Shown: positions 6,826-11,325 of the stretch, piece by piece
Layout: each line of letters begins with the position of its first letter
How positions within the stretch are numbered: position 1 is the stretch's first letter
Assembly (NCBI RefSeq): GCF_000195755.1
Contig: NC_005863.1
Location: 30,001-62,000, forward strand
Origin: Nitratidesulfovibrio vulgaris str. Hildenborough
Lineage (GTDB): Bacteria > Desulfobacterota > Desulfovibrionia > Desulfovibrionales > Desulfovibrionaceae
Direction: 5' to 3'
DNA: 32,000 bases
Notes under the pieces: model-generated
The model's database searches: none
Told to the model about the DNA's origin: nothing
What the model saw: the letters and a program-made list of their open reading frames with translations, nothing else
Made by a program: the position numbers and the translations under genes

Positions 6826-7253
6826 GGGTGCCGGAGAGCGTGCACGGGGACGCAGGAGGGGCCGCGGGTCTGGACACCACGTGAGAGGTGGGCGTCAGGT
6901 GAGAGGCAGGCTGAAGAAGGCGGGCGAAAGTGAAGGGGGGGGCGATGTGCCCCCCCGTGTCATTGCATGCGGCGTCTCCCGCGGCCATTCCCGTGGCGCC
7001 TCGCCTCGTGGCGTCCTGCGCCTTCCTGCGCCCTCCTGTGCAGTCCGGCGTTGTTTGGCACTGTCGGGGGCGTCCGGGGCCGACCTCGTTCCCGGTTGTC
7101 CGGGGCCTCTCCGCCTGACCGGGGCTTCTCGGCTGCCCCGTACTGCCCCGGTGTCCGCCTTGGTCGGGCTGTGGGGCCGTCCTGCGACGTCTTCGGCACA
7201 TCCGCCTCATGCACCGCCTTCGAGGCCATCCGCCGTCACGCGCCTTCTCGCCC

Positions 7254-10223
7254 TCACTCGGCAGGCAGCAGGAAGTCCGACAGCGGACGACGGAACGTGC
7301 CATGCCGGATGGGTGCGGCGACACCGGCACGGAACATCATGACGGGCAGTCGTCCCTTGGGGTGGGGCAGCACCTGTTCGAGAAGCGTCCACGCCTCTTC
7401 CAGCAGGCGCTGATGTGCGGTGTCCAGCGTCTGCGGGTCGCCCATGGCGAGGCGCAGGTGCAGCAGGGGCAGGGCCGCCAGCGGTTGCATGGCATAGCCC
7501 ATGTGTTCGAGGGCGCACCACGCCCGTTGCCACGCCATGCCCGCGCGGGCGATGTCCGTCTCCGTCTCGCCGTTGGCCAGCAGCAGCCCGATGCCGCCGC
7601 TTCGCAGCACGCCCATCGCCCCGTGCAGGGGCATGAGGCGCCCGAGGCCGAGGGCGTTGGCGATGCTCATGTTGCGCCACGGCCTCACGGCACGCAGGTA
7701 CAGTTCACCGGCGAGTCCCGCTTCGAGGTTCGCCAGCGGCAGTCCGTCGCCGTATGGCCCGTTCCCGGCGTGGCTGTGATGCCCTGCCTGCCCGGTGTGC
7801 CCCTGTTGCCCGACCTCTCCCTGTTGCTCGGCCTGCCCGTCGAAGCGGATGAAGCGCATGAGGTGTTCATGCATGTCGCGCCGTTCGACGCGCACCCTGT
7901 CGGCGAGGTAGACGGCCCGCGCAAGGGTCTTGCGCTGCGCCGCGTCCGTCGCCCACAGGAGGGTGGCGTCCTGTTCCTCGCTGACGAGGTGCTCGATGCG
8001 CTCGCACACCTCCACGGGCAGGGGGCGCGCGGCGTACATGCGGCGGTTGGTGTGCCTGCGCCACAGGGCGGCGGTCATGATCTCGTGCGAGGGCACGCCC
8101 AGCGGCGTGCAGTGCAGCGAGGCCACACGGTCGGGCTTCGTGGCGTCGGGAAAGAGCGAGAGCGTGGCATCGAGTCCCGCGCTGCCCGAGGCGTAGACGG
8201 CGTTCTGCACCGCGGCCCCGCAGGCCAGCAGCGAGGCCACATGGCGGTAGTCGAAGAACGAGCCGTCGGCCTGCCTGTCGAGATGGATGTGCAGCCCCGT
8301 GGCATGGGGGACGAAGCGCCACGGCTGCACGTTGTCGCCGGAGGGTGCCTGCATGGCGGCGCGGGCCACGTAGTGCAGGGTCTCGAGCGGGATGTCCTGC
8401 CGCAGTGCCACCACGTCGGGTTCTGGCGGGGGCGGCGTGCCGGTGCGCGGCGCACCCATGAAGAACCGGCGGGCGATGGCGAGCTTCAGCCGTTGCAGCG
8501 GCGAGCGCAGTCCCTTGCGGAGCCTGCCCCGCACATGACGGCCCGTGAGCGGGTCGAACTGCCTGAAGTACGGCACGGGGCGTATGCCCCGGCGGTGCAG
8601 CAGGATGCGCACGGCTTCGGTGGCGGCCATGCCCGCACAGAGATGGCAGGCGATGTCCAGCGACGGCCCCCGCCTGTCGTGCAGGCTGACGAAGCGCCTG
8701 TCCATGTAGCCGAGGTGCGCCGGGCGCGGGGCCAGCCCCATGCCGAAGCGCAGGTAGCCCTCCATGGGGGGCGTGTCGTCGTCGATGCCGAAGTAGCTGT
8801 CGAAGTTCATGCCCCCCGGCATGAAGACGAGCAGGGCGCACGAATAGCCGAGCGGCCCGGCGGTTATGACCGGAATGCCCAGTTCGAGCGCGCGGTTGAA
8901 GAGCCTGCGGCGGATGTCGAGGGCGAAGAAGTCGATGCCGTCCACCAGCAGGTCGACATCCTTGAGGAAGGCGTCGATGGTCTCGGCGGCGACGCCCTCG
9001 GGGAAGGAGCGGATGTCGAGGAACGGGTTCACGCTGAGGGCGCGTTCGGTCATGACGTCGAGCTTGCCGCGCCCGAAGCTGGCGATGCTGGCCCCGTACT
9101 GCCGGTTGAGGTTCACCGGCGAATAGGCGTCGAAGTCGGCGAGGTTGAAGTTGCCGATGCCCGTGCGCGCCAGCGTCATCAGATGGATGCCTCCCACGCC
9201 GCCAAGCCCCGCGATGGCGACCCGCGAGCGCAAGAGTCTGCGTTGTCCCGCGTAGTCCACGAGGCCGAGGTTGCGGCTGAAGGCGATGTCGGTATAGGCG
9301 TCGCGCGTCTCGAGTTTGAGCATGTCCAGCGGTACGCCGCCGGGGGTCTCGGGGTGCACCGGGTTGGTCGAGAAGTGGTTGAACACCGCGCGGTGGTAGA
9401 TGGTCTCGATGTGGTCGCGCTGGGGTTCGGCCAGATGGTCGAGCAGTTCGGGGCGCTGCTGCAACAGATAATAGGCGGTGTACGGTTCCAGTGGCCTGTC
9501 GCGGCGCACGGGGTTCTCGGAGGTCTCGGTCTCGTCGCTGTTCATGCGGGCGAAGAAGGCGAAGAGGTTGGTCTCGAAGTCCTCCTCGTCGCCGTACTTC
9601 TCCTGCAACTCGTCCATGGCCTCGTGCAGGTCGATGCGCAGGGCCACCGCCGGGGCGTCCACCGTGTCGTAGTGGCGCACCTCGCCGAAGGGTTTGAAAA
9701 GGAAGATGTCGGTGTAGAACTTCACATGCTTCGGGTTCACGGTGACGAGGATGTCGTCCACCTCCGACATCATGGAGTACTGGAACATGGCCTTGGCGAG
9801 AAAGACCATGAGGTTCGTCCACCGGCGGCTGTACTGCGTGGCAAGCGCGCCCACCTCCACCACGTTGCGCCCCTGGGCGCGCAGGGCGTCCACCTCGGGC
9901 TTGTAGAGGGTGTCCATGGGCAGGCCGAACAGCCCGGAGTCGGGGATGTGGGTCAGCGTGCACAGCACGTCGTGGTAGCTTTTGAAGATGAAGACCGAGG
10001 TGGCGGGCAGAATGCTCCAGACATTGTAATACATTCTTGATGGATGCGGCTTGAGATAGCCCGAGCGGATGTACTCTTCGTACACGAGGCGGAAGGCCCG
10101 TGTATACTCGTCGGGCGTTTCCGCGATCTTGATGGCGGGCCTGTCCAGCGCCCCCAGCTTGTTCTGCAGGAGCGAGGAACGCTTGATGCGGATGGTACGG
10201 CGCTTGTCGGCGATGGCGAGCAT
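7254..10223 (-). CDS. 989-aa three-domain protein: FeeM-like N-acyl amino acid synthase (GNAT-fold) + ThiF/MoeB-type E1-like adenylyltransferase + tandem nitroreductase-like module (Rv1355c-like C-terminal two-thirds)
   Basis: ATG 10223 with GAGG upstream. aa ~30-205 (nt ~9609-10136): FRLVYEEYIRSGYL...GLFGLPMD...VVEVGALAT...ILVTVNPKHVKFY, as in FeeM/autoinducer-synthase-like acyltransferases. aa ~315-545 (nt ~8589-9281): VAIAGLGGVGGIHLMTLARTGIGNFNLADFDAYSPVNLNRQ (ThiF glycine loop and NLNRQ). aa ~605-985 (nt ~7269-8411): AMQAPSGDNVQPWRF and LWRRHTNRRMY (nitroreductase-fold signatures in two halves). A Gln/Gly/His low-complexity insert lies at aa 796-826. Confidence 0.9.
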   Translation of the reverse strand: MLAIADKRRTIRIKRSSLLQNKLGALDRPAIKIAETPDEYTRAFRLVYEEYIRSGYLKPHPSRMYYNVWSILPATSVFIFKSYHDVLCTLTHIPDSGLFGLPMDTLYKPEVDALRAQGRNVVEVGALATQYSRRWTNLMVFLAKAMFQYSMMSEVDDILVTVNPKHVKFYTDIFLFKPFGEVRHYDTVDAPAVALRIDLHEAMDELQEKYGDEEDFETNLFAFFARMNSDETETSENPVRRDRPLEPYTAYYLLQQRPELLDHLAEPQRDHIETIYHRAVFNHFSTNPVHPETPGGVPLDMLKLETRDAYTDIAFSRNLGLVDYAGQRRLLRSRVAIAGLGGVGGIHLMTLARTGIGNFNLADFDAYSPVNLNRQYGASIASFGRGKLDVMTERALSVNPFLDIRSFPEGVAAETIDAFLKDVDLLVDGIDFFALDIRRRLFNRALELGIPVITAGPLGYSCALLVFMPGGMNFDSYFGIDDDTPPMEGYLRFGMGLAPRPAHLGYMDRRFVSLHDRRGPSLDIACHLCAGMAATEAVRILLHRRGIRPVPYFRQFDPLTGRHVRGRLRKGLRSPLQRLKLAIARRFFMGAPRTGTPPPPEPDVVALRQDIPLETLHYVARAAMQAPSGDNVQPWRFVPHATGLHIHLDRQADGSFFDYRHVASLLACGAAVQNAVYASGSAGLDATLSLFPDATKPDRVASLHCTPLGVPSHEIMTAALWRRHTNRRMYAARPLPVEVCERIEHLVSEEQDATLLWATDAAQRKTLARAVYLADRVRVERRDMHEHLMRFIRFDGQAEQQGEVGQQGHTGQAGHHSHAGNGPYGDGLPLANLEAGLAGELYLRAVRPWRNMSIANALGLGRLMPLHGAMGVLRSGGIGLLLANGETETDIARAGMAWQRAWCALEHMGYAMQPLAALPLLHLRLAMGDPQTLDTAHQRLLEEAWTLLEQVLPHPKGRLPVMMFRAGVAAPIRHGTFRRPLSDFLLPAE

Positions 10224-10270
10224 GGTGACCTCGCGGAGGATGCTTCACGGTTGGGCAGCGTACCGGGTGA

Positions 10271-10286
10271 AGCCAGTTTCGTGCCA
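10271..10286 (-). promoter_or_regulatory. sigma-54 (-24/-12) promoter for the three-domain enzyme gene
   Basis: The minus strand reads TGGCACGAAACTGGCT, with GG and GC separated by exactly 10 nt. It has the same TGGCAC...TGGCT style as the prsT promoter. It ends 48 nt upstream of ATG 10223. Confidence 0.65.
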
Positions 10287-10307
10287 GCAACGTCAAGTGC
10301 GAGGTTT

Positions 10308-10336
10308 TTCGACAGTAAGGTGTCGGAATGCCGACC
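10308..10336. promoter_or_regulatory. cluster of TGTCGG/CCGACA half-sites between two divergent sigma-54 promoters
   Basis: TTCGACA (10308-10314), 6 nt, TGTCGG (10321-10326), AATG, CCGACC (10331-10336). The half-sites match the 17-bp element, but the spacings (N6 and N4) differ from the N5 seen elsewhere. Confidence 0.45.
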
Positions 10337-10377
10337 TTCGATTTCTGTAACTAGCTGTTTTTGCTCAAGACGTTTTT

Positions 10378-10393
10378 TGGCATGAATGTGGCA
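10378..10393 (+). promoter_or_regulatory. sigma-54 (-24/-12) promoter upstream of the third PilZ gene
   Basis: TGGCATGAATGTGGCA has GG and GC separated by exactly 10 nt, with a TGGCA -12 element. It ends 117 nt upstream of GTG 10510. Confidence 0.5.
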
Positions 10394-10509
10394 AGTGCTG
10401 GCTTTATGAAGCGTCTTTAAGGTTTGTTGTCTCGAGTACGACCCAAGGCACATGCGAGACCTGCATCGAATGACCTGTACGGCCACTGGACGCGGATGGA
10501 GGTGCGGAG

Positions 10510-11073
10510 GTGAAGAATGTTGCAGTCGACACACAGGCTGGTGCACGTCTTGCCGATGTAGCACAATGCCTTGAATGCCAGCCGGGACATCTCGCTTCGG
10601 GCATTCTCAATTCATTTTTCGAATGCAATGCAGTACACGGCGATGCAACGACGTCTGAAAAGCGCAGGCTTGGCAGACGGGCGACGCACATTGCAGCCGT
10701 CACCTGCGCATGTGATGGCGAGAACGAGAGCAGGTGCACACCTGCCATCATCAGTAACATCTCCCTTTGCGGTGTGCGGGCCGAGGTACCGCATTCGTCA
10801 TCCGGCTATGGTAGCATCATGCGCAAGGTCGGTGCATTCGAACTGATGTTCACGTTTCCTTCAGAAGACGAAGTGGTGACGTTCAAGTGCCGCATGAAGT
10901 ATGTGCTCGACGGCGAGCGTACGGTGCTTGGCGGGGCCTTCGTAAGTCCTGATATCGTTTCGCTTCGTGCGCTGGTGCGCTTTCTGTTGTCACCGCAGGC
11001 CCGGCCCGAGTCGTCGCAAACGCCTTGTCGGACAGGCTTACAGGTGTCGGGTTTTCCGACAGGCACGGCCTAG
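10510..11073 (+). CDS. PilZ-domain protein (putative c-di-GMP receptor) with a Cys-containing N-terminal extension
   Basis: RRLGRR (RxxxR) and NISLCG (NxSxxG) are present at PilZ spacing, with a C-terminal LGGAFVSPD strand. GTG 10510 overlaps a GGAGG. The start is uncertain and the true N-terminus could be further downstream. Confidence 0.55.
   Translation: MKNVAVDTQAGARLADVAQCLECQPGHLASGILNSFFECNAVHGDATTSEKRRLGRRATHIAAVTCACDGENESRCTPAIISNISLCGVRAEVPHSSSGYGSIMRKVGAFELMFTFPSEDEVVTFKCRMKYVLDGERTVLGGAFVSPDIVSLRALVRFLLSPQARPESSQTPCRTGLQVSGFPTGTA
11026..11061. promoter_or_regulatory. two adjacent 17-bp elements, one a perfect palindrome; candidate upstream activating sequence for the prsT-eps operon promoter
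   Basis: 11026-11042 is TGTCGGACAGGCTTACA (right half degenerate). 11045-11061 is TGTCGGGTTTTCCGACA (perfect 6-N5-6 inverted repeat). Centres are 19 nt apart. They lie about 210-245 nt upstream of the sigma-54 promoter at 11270 and overlap the 3' end of the PilZ ORF. Confidence 0.55.
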
Positions 11074-11269
11074 GGGCCGCACGAAGCCCCCCATCCGTCC
11101 TTCATGTGCCGTTCGTGTATACAACCCGTCCGTGAAATCAGGACGCCCGTCCCGTTTATCATGCGTGTCCTGATAAGCCGGACGGTTCAGGGGGGCTGCA
11201 AGACTCTAGACATTCTGTAACGTGTCTTCTTTGCACGCGTGGACGCGCCGGGGCCGAAGCCTCTGCGTG

Positions 11270-11285
11270 TGGCACGGTATTGGCT
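11270..11285 (+). promoter_or_regulatory. sigma-54 (-24/-12) promoter of the prsT-exopolysaccharide operon
   Basis: TGGCACGGTATTGGCT has a perfect TGGCAC -24 element and GG and GC separated by exactly 10 nt. It ends 41 nt upstream of GTG 11326, with RBS ACGGAGG at 11314-11320. Confidence 0.75.
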
Positions 11286-11325
11286 CTATACGGGGGAACA
11301 TCCGGCCCGAACAACGGAGGTTCCC

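Noticed and set aside
7056-7071. TGGCACTGTCGGGGGC on the plus strand, resembling a -24 element
   Set aside because: The GC of the would-be -12 element is one nucleotide out of register. No plus-strand gene follows, only the antisense of the 989-aa gene.
6719-7413. ORFs in the 6569-7253 spacer (6719..7342 +, 6722..7330 -, 6960..7229 -, 6967..7413 +)
   Set aside because: Low-complexity Arg/Gly/Pro translations, mutually overlapping in several frames, with no RBS or motif. Nothing supports coding.
9752-9769. TGTCGTCCACCTCCGACA and other isolated TCCGACA/TGTCGGA heptamers inside coding regions (7276-7282, 31802-31808)
   Set aside because: They lie inside ORFs, have the wrong spacing (N6) or no partner half-site, and lack the T-rich spacer of the intergenic copies. 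They are most simply chance occurrences of a GC-rich heptamer.
7209-10040. 943-aa plus-strand ORF, and the 809-aa minus-strand ORF 7867..10296 in another frame
   Set aside because: These are shadow ORFs of the 7254..10223 gene in GC-rich DNA. Their translations are Arg/Ala/Gly/His-rich with no recognisable motifs, whereas the chosen frame shows three clear domain signatures and has an RBS.
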